A program made the position numbers and the translations under genes. The notes under the pieces were generated by a model. It was not told where the DNA came from, made no database searches, and saw only the letters and a program-made list of their open reading frames with translations. Source: Octopus vulgaris (taxonomy: Eukaryota). From it: a stretch of DNA of 64,000 nucleotides. Shown in pieces: positions 1 through 12,345 of the stretch; within the stretch, counting starts at the first letter, position 1, and each line of letters opens with the position of its first letter. The stretch covers positions 3,038,001 through 3,102,000 of the forward strand of contig OX597821.1 in NCBI GenBank assembly GCA_951406725.2. The letters are read 5' to 3'.

Positions 1-93
<93 letters not shown>

Positions 94-453
94 ATATATA
101 TATATATATGTACATATACACACACATATATAAACATAGGTGCAAGCATATATATATATATATATACATATATATACACGTGCGTATTTAAACACACACA
201 AACAACACACATATATAGGTGTACGTATGCATATACCCACACATACATATTATGTATTTGTGTGTGTTTATACATGGACTGAAAGATAGAGAGAGAGAGG
301 CACACACAGTAAGGTAGTGGGGGAGAAAGAGAGACAGATAGAGAATGAAAGATGGAGTGAGAAAGAGAGACTAAAATAGAGAAAGAAAGAAAGGAGGAAA
401 AAGAAAGAAAGGAATAAAGAAAGAAAGAAAGAAAGAAGGAAAGAAAGAAAGAG

Positions 454-488
<35 letters not shown>

Positions 489-510
489 ATGAAAGAAAGA
501 ATGAAAGATT
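1..510. repeat. Compound microsatellite (TA)n/(TG)n followed by GA-rich/(GAAA)n tract
   Basis: Directly visible; the ORFs here are YI/CV and FLSF repeats. Confidence 0.95.
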
Positions 511-1755
511 CATACAAGTGCAACAACATCTACATTTACAGAAATTTATATCTGTAATAATCTCATTATCTATTCCATGCATTATGTCTACACCCAGCCA
601 CCAGCATAAAATTCAACCGCATTCGCATATATCCATTATTGTACTACAGTAATTATCTATAAATTTTAGTACCTGAATATCTTGTAATTTTAAACATGAA
701 CTAGGAGGACACAGATATTGAGCAATGTAGAAGTGGTTTCAATCCTGCATTACACTTGAATCAGGCAATAATCCATTTATTACGCCTATTATAATATAGT
801 ACAACTTCGCTATAAACGCCTATTAACGTAGCTTTAAATTTTGAGTTGTACTAAGTGCCTAGAAAGCTTATATATATAAAAAAAAACTATTCTATTCAAT
901 CTTATTCTGAGTTTATAATGAACGTATTTGTGGACGGTTAGTGATGAATTACCAACACAGAAAGTATATTTCTGCTCAAGAAAAAACTGTATAGAAAGTA
1001 AGGCGTCTACGTTTATCCATACATGTAATAATAATCATAGTTATAAATGTGTACTGTAGTAAAAGTTTTTATTAATGACCAACAATGCACCACTATATTT
1101 TTTCTGTATACACATGTACACGCGTTCGCACATACACGCACTCACACACATACACACTCAGAAACAAACACACATACACACACACACACTCGTACAAAAA
1201 CACAGTGCATATTCATTGCAGTATGAAGGAAAGACAGTGAGAGAAAGAGTACATAATAGTAAAGTTTATTTACGAACAGCTTGTGGCAGTGCTATATAAG
1301 GATGATAATGCTGTTGATTAACCCCAGGAAAACTTTTTACCAGTTGGCTGTCGACACACAGATTGTGTCCGTCTCGTGTAAGCAAGGGATGTATTGCCCC
1401 TCCATCATACATACGTATATATATACATATAGATATACATTCATACATATATATAAAGTAGAAAACAACCACCTTTTATAAATTCAATAATGAAAAATTA
1501 AATTATACCATTTAGAAAATATACATAAAAGAGAAATATTAAATATAAGATAAAACATATAGCAATGATTAAGTAATGAGCAAAATAATAAATAAACGTA
1601 TATAATTGGTAGAATAACAACACGTGTTTTGTGGCTATATAAGAAAAGCTAATATTAATAATAATAATAAAATCACTTCAAAATAAATATAGCCACTCTT
1701 CAGGTTAACGATGAAAACAATAAAATCATTAATTAGATAAATTAATAAATATACG

Positions 1756-1856
<101 letters not shown>

Positions 1857-2068
1857 ATATAAATTATATATATATATATATATACATACATATATATATA
1901 TATACACACACATATATATATATAAAAGCAATTAAGATTCAAATCAATTCCAATGAATTTACTTGAATGTGGTACTTAACTTAGATGCACCAGAAAACTA
2001 TATGGTGTTAACCATACAGTAATGTGGGGTGTTTATAAACGAGAAAGAAGCAACAAGAATGGATTAGT

Positions 2069-2159
2069 TTTTAGTAAAATTGTTTCATACAAAGACAGGC
2101 TTTATTAAAAGTTGCAAAAATTGCAGCAGATAAAAGTGTCCCGTACTCATCAGCTAAAA
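2069..2159 (-). ncRNA. Hammerhead motif, inverted-arm copy with GUA->UUA change
   Basis: Reverse complement of 2488-2578 except GAAAC-AATT-TTA, which breaks the C15.2-G16.2 pair. Confidence 0.7.
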
Positions 2160-2487
2160 TACATATGAGTTCTCCAAACATCTTAGTGGGTGAGGCTATA
2201 CTCATGAAGTATTGGAGATAATTTCATTAAAAGCAGATTTAGGTTGTAAACAGATTTCCGAAGTTCCTTAATGATGATGCACAGTCTTATCACAGGTTTT
2301 TAAAAAAGCTTATTAGCTTCACAGAGAAGGTGAATTAATCCGTAGTGTAGATGTAAATTTCCAGAGATATGAGAAGGAATTTCATACTCACAGACGATGA
2401 ATTTATCCATGGTTAATCCGCAATGAGGTGTGTATCATGAGGTGAGTATAGCCTCACCCACTAAGATGTTTGGAGAACTCATATGAA

Positions 2488-2578
2488 TTTTAGCTGATGA
2501 GTACGGGACACTTTTATCTGCTGCAATTTTTGCAACTTTTAATAAAGCCTGTCTTTGTATGAAACAATTGTACTAAAA
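2488..2578 (+). ncRNA. Minimal type-I hammerhead ribozyme, canonical core
   Basis: Stem I TTTTAG(2488-93)/CTAAAA(2573-78); CTGATGA 2494-2500; stem II GTACGGGACA/TGTCTTTGTAT with long insert; GAAAC-AATT-GTA 2561-2572 (palindromic stem III). Confidence 0.85.
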
Positions 2579-2639
2579 ACTAATCCATTCTTGTTGCTTC
2601 TTTCTCGTATATATATATATACATATATTTATACATGTA

Positions 2640-3165
2640 CGAGAGGTATTGGTATCCAGAAGACCCAAGATGGCAGGTAAGGCTATGTAAGTGCTACGGG
2701 AGGACCACAGTCAGACGCTCGGTTCAGTAATAATACGCTTGACTGTTATTTCTGTTTATGTTCCTAATCTTGATAAAAGCAGTGAATCTTTTATGACTTT
2801 CTATGACGTTCTCAGATCGGTTTTGATTTCGATTCCTAATGCAGATAAGATCTTCCTTCTTGGCGATATCCATGCTCGTGCTAGATAATGATACCCGGGA
2901 TAATGATACCCGGGATGCACTGAGGAGACATGGTTTGGGAAAAATGAACGCTAATGGTCTCCGTCTTCAGTTTTGCACTGAACTTGATCTCATCATCTGC
3001 AGCACTGTTTTTCATCAGAAGGATAGCCATAAAGCTATCTGGACGCAACCAAGATCCCAACATTAGGATATTCTTGATTATTTTACCGCCAGGAAACGAG
3101 ACCTTCCTGATGTTTGCACTCTTCGAGTCATGCTGTTGTACTGACCATATGCCCACAGGCGTTAA
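2640..3165 (+). pseudogene. RTE-like LINE apurinic endonuclease (APE) domain fragment, frameshifted
   Basis: Peptides LTVISVYVPN..FYDVL..IFLLGDIHAR and HGLGKMNANGLRL..FHQKDSHKAIWTQPRSQH; internal 15-bp tandem duplication GATAATGATACCCGG at ~2884-2913. Confidence 0.8.
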
Positions 3166-3169
3166 ATAT

Positions 3170-3560
3170 CTTCAATGAAATCAGCATTAGCTTTTCCAGA
3201 CGCCTTCGGTCTCCAGACGTCTTGGGAATATCACCCAACTCTTCTGGAAGGTCTCCTTGTTTACGTTGGTAAATACTACCACAATCTTTGCCTTCAGTTT
3301 ATCTTTCGTGTCACATGGAGTTTTGTTGGTCTTTCGGTCAACTGCGCCCATAAATAATAAACAAGGGGATTGCAGTCTGGGGAGTTAGCAGGTCAGATGT
3401 TAGGAGTGATGTTGTCTCAGAAATTGTCTGAGAGCTTGTGTGGCATGGGGTAGAATCATGTAGCAAGACAGGATCCTCTAGCAACCACCTTCTTGTCCGA
3501 AAACAGCAGTACCTCCTCCAGGCACTTAATGTAGGACTCCGTGCTGAGTCTGAAGCCGCG
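3170..3560 (-). mobile_element. Tc1/mariner-type transposase C-terminal fragment, degraded
   Basis: Minus-strand frames give HDSTPCH(T/S) (D-x-A-P-x-H-like) followed by WPANSPDCNPL-like motif. Confidence 0.65.
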
Positions 3561-3574
3561 TAGGAAGATGAATG

Positions 3575-3752
3575 GTGTCCGCTACGTTCTGAGTTCAAAT
3601 TCCGCCAAGGTCGACTTTGCTTTTCATCATTTCGGGGTCGATTAAATAAGTACCAGCTACGCATTGGGATCGATATAATCGACTTAATCCGTTTGTCTGT
3701 CTTTGTTTGTCCTCTCTGTGTTTAGCCCCTTGTGGGTAGTAATGAAATAGGT
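3575..3752 (+). mobile_element. SINE family A, 5'-truncated
   Basis: GAGTTCAAATTCC B-box-like motif plus GTCGACTTTGC..TTTCATC..TTTCGGGGTCGAT..AAGTACCAG core; matches 42373-42600. Confidence 0.85.
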
Positions 3753-4029
3753 ATAACGTCGCCATCACTAGAGATGACACCAAACACTAGATTTTTGATT
3801 TTCATAACTCTCGGTATAAGTACTTAGATTGATGCTTCCAGCGCGAATGCCAAGCAATACAGCATATCGTTTCTACATTTTTGTGAATTGCTTCATGGTG
3901 CGCAACCTATGTTTGCTATACAGTGTTGTCGACAGAAACAAAAAGAAACAATGTGCTTACGCGAAATTAATAGTATAATATGGTGACAATTTTCCTATCT
4001 CACATTGTATATATATATATATATATATG

Positions 4030-4753
4030 TATATATAAAATAATAAGTAAAAGAGTAAAAAAGAAGTGTATGTTCGGTTAGGTAGGTTTTTAATGTGAAA
4101 TATAGTTACGGTCACAGAGTGACAGATAGTTTCGCATCCGTAAGAGCGCGTAGCTTTATAGACGACGCGTCAGTCTCTTATGTTCTGTGCGCATTTGAGC
4201 TCTCTTAACCAGGAAGTAGAAAAATGTTACGGCTAGTCAATTTTTAAATAAAAGAGTATTATATACTCACTGAGTCTTAAACGGGATGGTTCATTCTTAC
4301 ATCTATCTACTCCGCAAAATCTTATAGTCCTAATCATTGAACTGGGAATCTCTACCCTTAGACTGTTGCCAATGCGCGAATATATTTTGCAGTCCTAATC
4401 GACGAACGAGGTATCTCACGCGTGTAGCAGGTAGCGTTTAAGATGCGGGCGGAGGATATAGATCTCGAGTTTGGAATTCAAGAGAGTCCTCCAAAGAAGC
4501 AAAGCTTTAAAGGTCCTTGCCCGCTCTACTTTGCTCAGCTTCCATCGCTTATTCCCGTTTATATAAGACCACGGTTGATCTATGAATTTCTATTTTAATT
4601 TAGTATGGAGTTACTCATTCCTTAAGGCGCCACAGGTAGCTGATTAGGGACGTGACGTTACGTATTTCTAGAATCTTAAAGACGTACCTATGGTTGTATA
4701 GATGCCGCTTAAAGACAATTCCGGCCGAACCGATGTACCTCCGAGCTTAATTG

Positions 4754-4760
<7 letters not shown>
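4030..4760 (-). mobile_element. Probable PLE pseudo-LTR remnant in (TA)n with hammerhead relic at 4116-4178
   Basis: Complex insert between TA tracts. Minus strand reads AGAG-A-CTGAC-GCGTC...GATGC-GAAAC-TATCT-GTC-A-CTCT; the core lacks G8-A9. Confidence 0.45.
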
Positions 4761-4818
<58 letters not shown>

Positions 4819-4823
4819 CACAG

Positions 4824-4861
<38 letters not shown>

Positions 4862-4862
<1 letters not shown>

Positions 4863-5553
4863 TTTTTTTTATCTAGTTTCAGCTCACAAGCTGTGGCCAT
4901 GCTGGGACACCGCCATTTGGTGTTGCTACATGATTTTACTTCACGAATGCTTTTTAGCAATTGCCATTTGGTGCAGGAGAGTGTTCGATGCAGCTGCCCT
5001 CATCTGCACCTCCTGCCGTGAAGTTGGTTCATCTGGGACACCTGACAAGAAGAGATCCAGTTTTATTTTAAAGACATCTGCATCCACCCCATGCAGGTCT
5101 CTTAGGTTCTTCGGGAGGATATAGAAGAGCTGTGGGCCTCGGAGGCCCTGGATATCAGAGTATCTTGTCCTACATCTTGATGGAAAATTTGGAGTCCTTG
5201 GCACTCTGTAGTGGCGCCCAGTTGGGGTAGTTGTGTAACTCTCGATGCCAAAGTTTGGGACAAGACCTTCTAGGATCTTCCAGATGTATATCATGGCATA
5301 TCTTTCTCGCCTACGTTCTCTTGAGTCTTTCCCAATTTCTTATATGCTGCACAGAGGCTATCTTCTTCCTGTAGCTTCGTTGGATCGCTTCAAGTTCTGT
5401 GATTAACTTGACACTGGATAGTGACCATAGCTGAGAGCAATAGTCAAAGTGGCTTAGGACAAGTGTCCTCCAGAGGACCATCATGGTTTCCTGGTCTCTT
5501 GTTCTAAAGGTTCTATGAATCCATCCGGTCAGCCGCCTACATTTCATTGCCAA
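4862..5553 (-). mobile_element. CR1/L2-group LINE 3' end (ORF2 C-terminus and 3' UTR)
   Basis: ORFs GWIHRTFRTRD..LWRTLVLSHFDYCSQLWS..ELEAIQR and [42 protein letters not shown]; 3' stem-loop CAGCT-TGTG-AGCTG and A-rich tail. Confidence 0.9.
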
Positions 5554-5570
5554 TACTTATATATATATAC

Positions 5571-5604
<34 letters not shown>

Positions 5605-5750
5605 TCTCTCTTACCTGTCTGTGTTTGACTTTCAAGTGCTGTGTTTTTACTGAGATCTCCTTTTAGTAGAAAGAATAGCTATAACTCTTTGACTGCTATT
5701 TCTAAATTCGGTGTGTGGTGGGGCAATTCGTTGCTAAACCCTTAATTGCT

Positions 5751-5818
<68 letters not shown>

Positions 5819-5894
5819 GCAGCGTGGAAGGTGTTTATAAGCCATTTAAGAAACACACAAAAGCCGTTCGATTCACTCCAACATTTAAGTTTAA

Positions 5895-5944
5895 TTTGTC
5901 AAAATATTTTCGTCGCTAAAATCCGCGACCTGTTCACTGACAAA
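5895..5944 (-). ncRNA. Identical G3-C8 hammerhead-like motif in the inverted arm
   Basis: Exact reverse complement of 8063-8112. Confidence 0.7.
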
Positions 5945-6760
5945 GTCCGTGCTGCATCTAAGAAAGTAACAGTTAGTTCGTCATATATATGTACGTATGT
6001 ATGTGTGTATGTATGCATACATGTGTTTATGTATGTACGTATGCATGTACGCACATACGCCTGTGTATGCATGTATGTATGTATGTATGTATGTATGTAT
6101 GTATGTATGTATGTATGTATGTATGTATGTATATATGTATGTGTGTGTATAAGCACGCACATACACTCTATAAAACATAAAGTTATAAACCTGTAGCGAT
6201 GGATGGATGTAGAGTGACCACTCATCACAACGCTATCAAATTTCAACTCCCTACGGCCGAGGCTAGAAAGTGAATTTATGACGCTTGCTCACAAGAACTA
6301 TACCCTAAAATCTATTATCAGATTTTTATCTCTATATCACAGAACTAATGTTTTACTATTGTTCGTATGTATGTATGTATGTATGTTTGTATTCATGTGC
6401 TACGTATGTATGTGAGTGTCTAGGAGAATGGGCATATGTGTCCGTGAGAGTGTGTACATGTGTATGTGTATGTGAACGTTTGTCCGTGTACTGGCATGTA
6501 TCCGTCCAAGTTGTGTACATGACTGTTACTTTGCTGAAGGTTGTATACATATTTACATATATGTTTGTATAGACGCACACACATATATATATATGTGTGT
6601 GTGGGTGTGTGTTTGTTCCTCTCATCATCGTCTAACCGTGAATGGATACAACGCCTAGGTGCAACTGTTCGTATCAAACAACGTCTGCTCATACCGTTGT
6701 ATATAACTGCACATACGCATTGCAACCTGTATTTAAGGACTACAGGTGAAAGGGAGAGAG

Positions 6761-7042
6761 TCATATATAGGTGAGACCTCTAGAAGCATCAATGATAGGT
6801 TCAAAGAACACCTGGACAACTACATTGAAAGGAAGCCAAACTCCATCTTCTACCAACATGCTGTAGACTGCCACAAGGGATCCTTAGGGGAGCTTAAGTT
6901 GAACATCCTATCTACACATCCCACCGATGCAATGTTGAGACAGGTCACAGAAGCTGTTTGTATACAAGAATACAAACCTACTCTCAACCGAAAGTCCGAA
7001 TGGAATAACACCCAGATCCCATTCAGAAGGACTATTCTATAA
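6761..7042 (+). pseudogene. PLE GIY-YIG endonuclease, C-terminal part truncated at the YIG motif
   Basis: SYIGETSRSINDRFKEH..H..H..RQVTEAVCIQEYKPTLNRKSEW retains YIG, R, H, E and N motifs; stop-free; the GIY half is replaced by the inverted arm. Confidence 0.9.
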
Positions 7043-7583
7043 CCACCCCTCTCTCTCTCTCCCTTTCACCTGTAGTCCTTACATACAGGTTGCAATGCGT
7101 ATGTGCAGTTATATACAACGGTATGAGCAGACGTTGTTTGATACGAACAGTTGCACCTAGGCGTTGTATCCATTCACGGTTAGACGATGATGAGAGGAAC
7201 AAACACACACCCACACACATATATATATATGTGTGTGCGTCTATACAAACATATATGTAAATATGTATACAATCTTCAGCAAAGTAACAGTCATGTACAC
7301 AACTTGGACGGACACATGCCAGTACACGGACATACGTTCACATACACATACACATGTACACACTCTCACGGACACATCTGCCCATTCTCCTAGACACTCA
7401 CATACATACGTAGCACATGAATACAAACATACATACATACCTACGTATGGGCATACACACGTACATACGCACGTACATGTACACACACACATACATGGAC
7501 ACATGCATACGATCGCGTATACATACATACGCACATGCGTACGTATGTACATACATACATACATGCATACATACATACATACA

Positions 7584-7617
<34 letters not shown>

Positions 7618-8062
7618 CATATATACATACATACATACGCACATACATACATACATACGAACAATAGTAAAACATTAGTTCTGTGATATAGAGATAAAAA
7701 TCTGATAATAGATTTTAGGGTATAGTTCTTGTGAGCAAGCGTCATAAATTCACTTTCTAGCCTCGGCCATAGGGAGTTGAAATTTGATAGCGTTGTGATG
7801 AGTGGTCACTCTACATCCATCCATCGCTACAGGTTTATAACTTTATGTTTTATAGAGTGTATGTGCGTGCTTATACACACACATACATATATACATACAT
7901 ACATACATACATACATACATACATACATACATACATGCATACACAGGCGTATGTGCGTACATGCATACGTACATACATAAACACATGTATGCATACATAC
8001 ACACATACATACGTACATATATATGACGAACTAACTGTTACTTTCTTAGATGCAGCACGGAC

Positions 8063-8112
8063 TTTGTCAGTGAACAGGTCGCGGATTTTAGCGACGAAAA
8101 TATTTTGACAAA
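8063..8112 (+). ncRNA. Hammerhead-like motif with G3-C8 core (GUGAACA)
   Basis: TTTGTCA(8063-69)-GTGAACA(8070-76)-G-GTCGC-ggatttta-GCGAC-GAAAA-TA-TTT-TGACAAA(8106-12). Confidence 0.7.
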
Positions 8113-8250
8113 TTAAACTTAAATGTTGGAGTGAATCGAACGGCTTTTGTGTGTTTCTTAAATGGCTTATAAACACCTTCCACGCTGGAATTGTTTTCGT
8201 TTCAGCACACGATCTCAGATCAAATTACTTGCTATGCGAGTACATCTCCG

Positions 8251-8252
<2 letters not shown>

Positions 8253-8289
<37 letters not shown>

Positions 8290-8327
8290 TATGTATATTT
8301 ATATATATATATACTTATATATATATG

Positions 8328-8385
<58 letters not shown>

Positions 8386-8470
8386 CATATATATATGCAT
8401 ATATATATATATATGTATATTTATATCTATATACTTATATATATACATACATACATGTATATATATATAC

Positions 8471-8502
<32 letters not shown>

Positions 8503-8735
8503 TATATATATATATACATATATACATATATATATATACATATATATATATATGTATATTTATGTATATTTATATACATACATATATATACATATATATA
8601 TATACATATATACATATATATATATACATATATACTTATATATATATATACATATATATACATATATATATATGTTTATTTATATATATATATATATATA
8701 CATGCATTCATACATACATACATATATACATATAT
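8253..8735. repeat. Long degenerate (TA)n/(TATACA)n tract
   Basis: Directly visible; source of the two 254-aa YI-repeat ORFs. Confidence 0.95.
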
Positions 8736-10032
8736 GCCGAAGCTCATGGACACAAACAAAGCAACACCGGTTATCAAATGAGAGTGACGAACACAGACGG
8801 ACTACAAGCACACATACATACATACACACACACACACAAACACAAACCTATTTATACATACCACTCAATTCCACAAAGTTTCTCTCTACTTTTTGCCAGC
8901 TTCGCGCAGACATAAAAGAGCATTGATTATTTAAATACGCAAAAATAGTACAAAACAACAACAACAACAACAAAAAGGTGACAAAAATATAACGAAAAAA
9001 TTAATGAAATTATACCCTAGTGGTGTGGCCAAGAAAAAACCCCTTAGTAAAGAAATAATGCAAATTAAATAAAGAAACTAACTTCGGTACGTAGGAGAGA
9101 TTTATATTTCTATTGGAAATTCATTTACGTATTAATGCTACAAAATGAATGCTACCTGAAGAGATTAATCCGATGTATATTTGTTATTCGATACATGAAT
9201 TGTCCCTCAATATGATATTAAGCTTGTGTTTGATGGAAGGGAAATGAGGAAATGTTATTTGTCTACTGAATCTAGCAGGCTATCATTACATTACAAATAG
9301 CTGATAGCGAACCAATTAATTTATTATTGATAATCATCAAAATCAATTTAGTGACTCACAGACATATATGAATTCATATGTGTGTAATGATCATTGCAAC
9401 TGATGGCACACACATATGCATATATTCATCAATGTACACAAATACAAACACAGTTATATATATATATGTGTGCTCATAGATACGTATATAAATAAACACA
9501 TATACATACACACGCATGTGTTTGTGTGTATTTGCTCATATATACCATATTCATGTATCAAGTATACGGCTATATTTTATATTCATTTATAGGTTTGTAT
9601 ATGAAATATTCCGTAGTATATTGCATAAAAGTCTGTATCGGATAAAATTATCCAACAGTTGGTCTATATAAAAGAGCTGCCTTCCTACTGATGTTTATAA
9701 ACTTTGTCATACTTCATACTAATTACAATGTCAATAGCACAGAAGGAATGCTTTTTCATTTGCTAGTAAAAACAAATTATTGCCAAGCTCTTGTAATGTG
9801 TTATAATAGCATTTGATGTGGGGAATTAGTCTACATAAAAGAAATGTAAAATGGTTGAAAACTTGTGTAAACCAATATGCAAATAATTTCTATGCATTCG
9901 TGATGTCCAGATCTCGCTTCCTGTATAAATAAAAATAAACCCGAAATTATTACGTTTTTGTAGATAGACATACATATAGAGACCTACACACATATACACA
10001 GACCCATATATATATATATATATATATATATA

Positions 10033-10230
10033 GGGAGTGTTCACGAAAACAAAAGACGAAGAAAGGTGGTGTACAAACAAACAGATGTATTAGTATAACG
10101 CTCAGGAATACAAAAAAGTCTTTTACGTTTCGAGCCTACGCTCTTCTACAGAAAGGGCCACAGGAAAAACAAAGAGAGAAACACGGAGAGAAAAAATGTG
10201 CAGAGTGGCTAACGATCTATCATGGTGACT
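10033..10230 (-). mobile_element. ~200-bp (TA)n-inserted repeat, family B copy 1 (solo pLTR-like; HHR-like motif 10120-10155)
   Basis: Near-identical to 12090-12270. Minus strand: CTTT-CTGTAGA-A-GAGC-gtag-GCTC-GAAAC-GTA-AAAG. Confidence 0.75.
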
Positions 10231-12032
10231 GATATATATATATATTGAAATAAAACAGAATTGAGAAAATTTTGTTTAAATAATGCATATACTGAATAAA
10301 ATTTTCAATATTCTTATATTCTTTTATTATATATGCAACGGGTTGAATGTACTTCGTTTATAGCTCCGCACGTTAGACTTACTATGTACTTAATTCCATT
10401 AATATTAGTTTCAAATTTAGGCACAAGGACAACAATTTCAGTCGTACATACTACTTGTTTGGCAATGGATAGTTACTCATTGAGGTCAAGTATTCTGCTT
10501 TACTCGCGTGTAAATTTATGTGACACCTGCGCGAGAAAATTACGTCCCAATTGCCCTGTAGATATGTAATATGACATTCAGCGATGAAAGGGTCACACTT
10601 TTAAGGCTGCTTTATTCATGTGGTTGTGTCCAGTTGCTGTGTGAGTGGCTGTTATCTTATCTAGGCAAGACATGATGACTTATTTTGTGTTAGAGCAATG
10701 ATTTCCCATAGTAGCAATGTTGCAAATTGTAATTCGTTCCTAGAAAATATTTTACCCATAATATTTACAATGATCGAAAATAAATAGCAATACAACAACA
10801 GTAGAATGTATAAAATATGTTATGTAAAGGAAAAGGAATGTAAATATTTTTTTAAATAAAAATATATTATTATGATCGTATTCTAGATCATTTTCACTAA
10901 GACTCGTGCACACCATCTCATGTACACGTGATTGCTCATTTACAAGCACTCGTAGACGAACCTGTAGGTTTCTTCTTAAAACTCAAGTCTAGTGTTGTTT
11001 GCTTACAAGCATTTTTCGCTTTCTATAAATTTCTAGGTAACACTTAGAGCCTTATAGTATGGTTGTAGAAACTAAAGCACTTAGTACAAAATTTGAATCT
11101 TGTTCTTGAGAAATGAGACTCGTAAACCCGGCGTCACATAAAACGAGTCCTCGTACAGTGAGGCATTACAGTATTAGTTTGAATGATTCTGTTTTTATAC
11201 GAAAATGTAGTGGAAACTTTGGAACAAGAAATGTTACTTTTAAACTATTCTGAGTGCATGACTTCCACAGATATTTACAGTTGAAACTTGCTGTAGAATC
11301 CTATGTGAATCAAAACTAATTACTTGGTTTCTAGATTTTCATAAAATCCATTTAAGTATGCTTAGTTTGCCGGGCAAATATAAATAAATAGAGAAGAGGG
11401 AGACGGAGAATGAGATGCTTGTGTGGGCGTGTGTGCATGTTAAGATAAGTATAAAGTTGAAGCACTCCAGCATACATACACACACACATACACGCAAATA
11501 CACACATACACATAGACAAATACATAAACACACACCTACACAAACACACACAAATACAAACACACATGCGCGCATATACAAATTATATACACTTTACGAA
11601 AGGGGGAAAGGACTAAGTGAAAATGAAATGAAGGTAACGAAAATCAAAGTATAATTAATGAACTTGAAAGAGAGATATGAATCAATTTATTCAGTATATG
11701 TATATACTTATATATGTTTCAAACATATAACATAAAGAGGGTGTAAAAAATTACGGATGTGGAATATATTAAATCATCGTCAAGGAAATAGAAAGAGAAG
11801 AGAGAAACGCTATTCATGTTGCGAATATACACTCTTCTTTGCATATAAAGAAAATGCAAGAAGAGGGAAAATACGAAGTAAGATAGAAAAAAAGCTATCA
11901 TACGTCCATGTATGTATGGAACTTTTTACAGATTTGTACATACACACACACACAAATATACACATACACACACACACAAACACATGCATATATATAGACA
12001 TATATATATATATATATATATATGTATACATA

Positions 12033-12089
<57 letters not shown>

Positions 12090-12093
<4 letters not shown>

Positions 12094-12267
12094 AGAGTTT
12101 ACGAAAAAACAAAAGACGAAGACAGGTGGTGTACAAAACAAACAGATGTATTAGTATAACGCTCGGGAATAGAAAAAGTCTTTTACGTTTCGAGCCTATG
12201 CTCTTCTACAGAAAGGAATGCAGAAAGAATCAAGGAGAGAGAAAAAGTGTGTAATGGCTAACGATAT

Positions 12268-12270
<3 letters not shown>
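12090..12270 (-). mobile_element. Family B copy 2 (HHR-like motif 12180-12215)
   Basis: Same sequence as 10033-10230; flanked by TA tracts. Confidence 0.75.

Positions 12271-12340
<70 letters not shown>

Positions 12341-12345
<5 letters not shown>

Larger units (their letters stand above)
1925..2620 (-). mobile_element. Penelope-like element remnant with inverted pseudo-LTR pair (2039-2204 / 2443-2608) between (TA)n tracts
   Basis: 166-bp near-perfect inverted repeat; each arm carries a hammerhead motif; TA microsatellite on both sides. Confidence 0.8.
5815..8252 (+). mobile_element. 5'-truncated Penelope-like element: inverted pLTR (5815-6760), GIY-YIG 3' half, pLTR (7055-8192) and tail, in (TA)n
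   Basis: ~1-kb inverted arms with few substitutions around a GIY-YIG ORF; hammerhead-like motif in each arm; TA tracts on both flanks. Confidence 0.92.

Noticed and set aside
797-853. Small hairpin TAGTACAACT..AGTTGTACTA
   Set aside because: Only ~10-bp arms; perhaps a MITE end relic, but too short to call.
8151-8926. 254-aa ORFs and the many other YI/HT/CV/poly-amino-acid ORFs across the window
   Set aside because: They are stop-free translations of microsatellites with no protein-like complexity.
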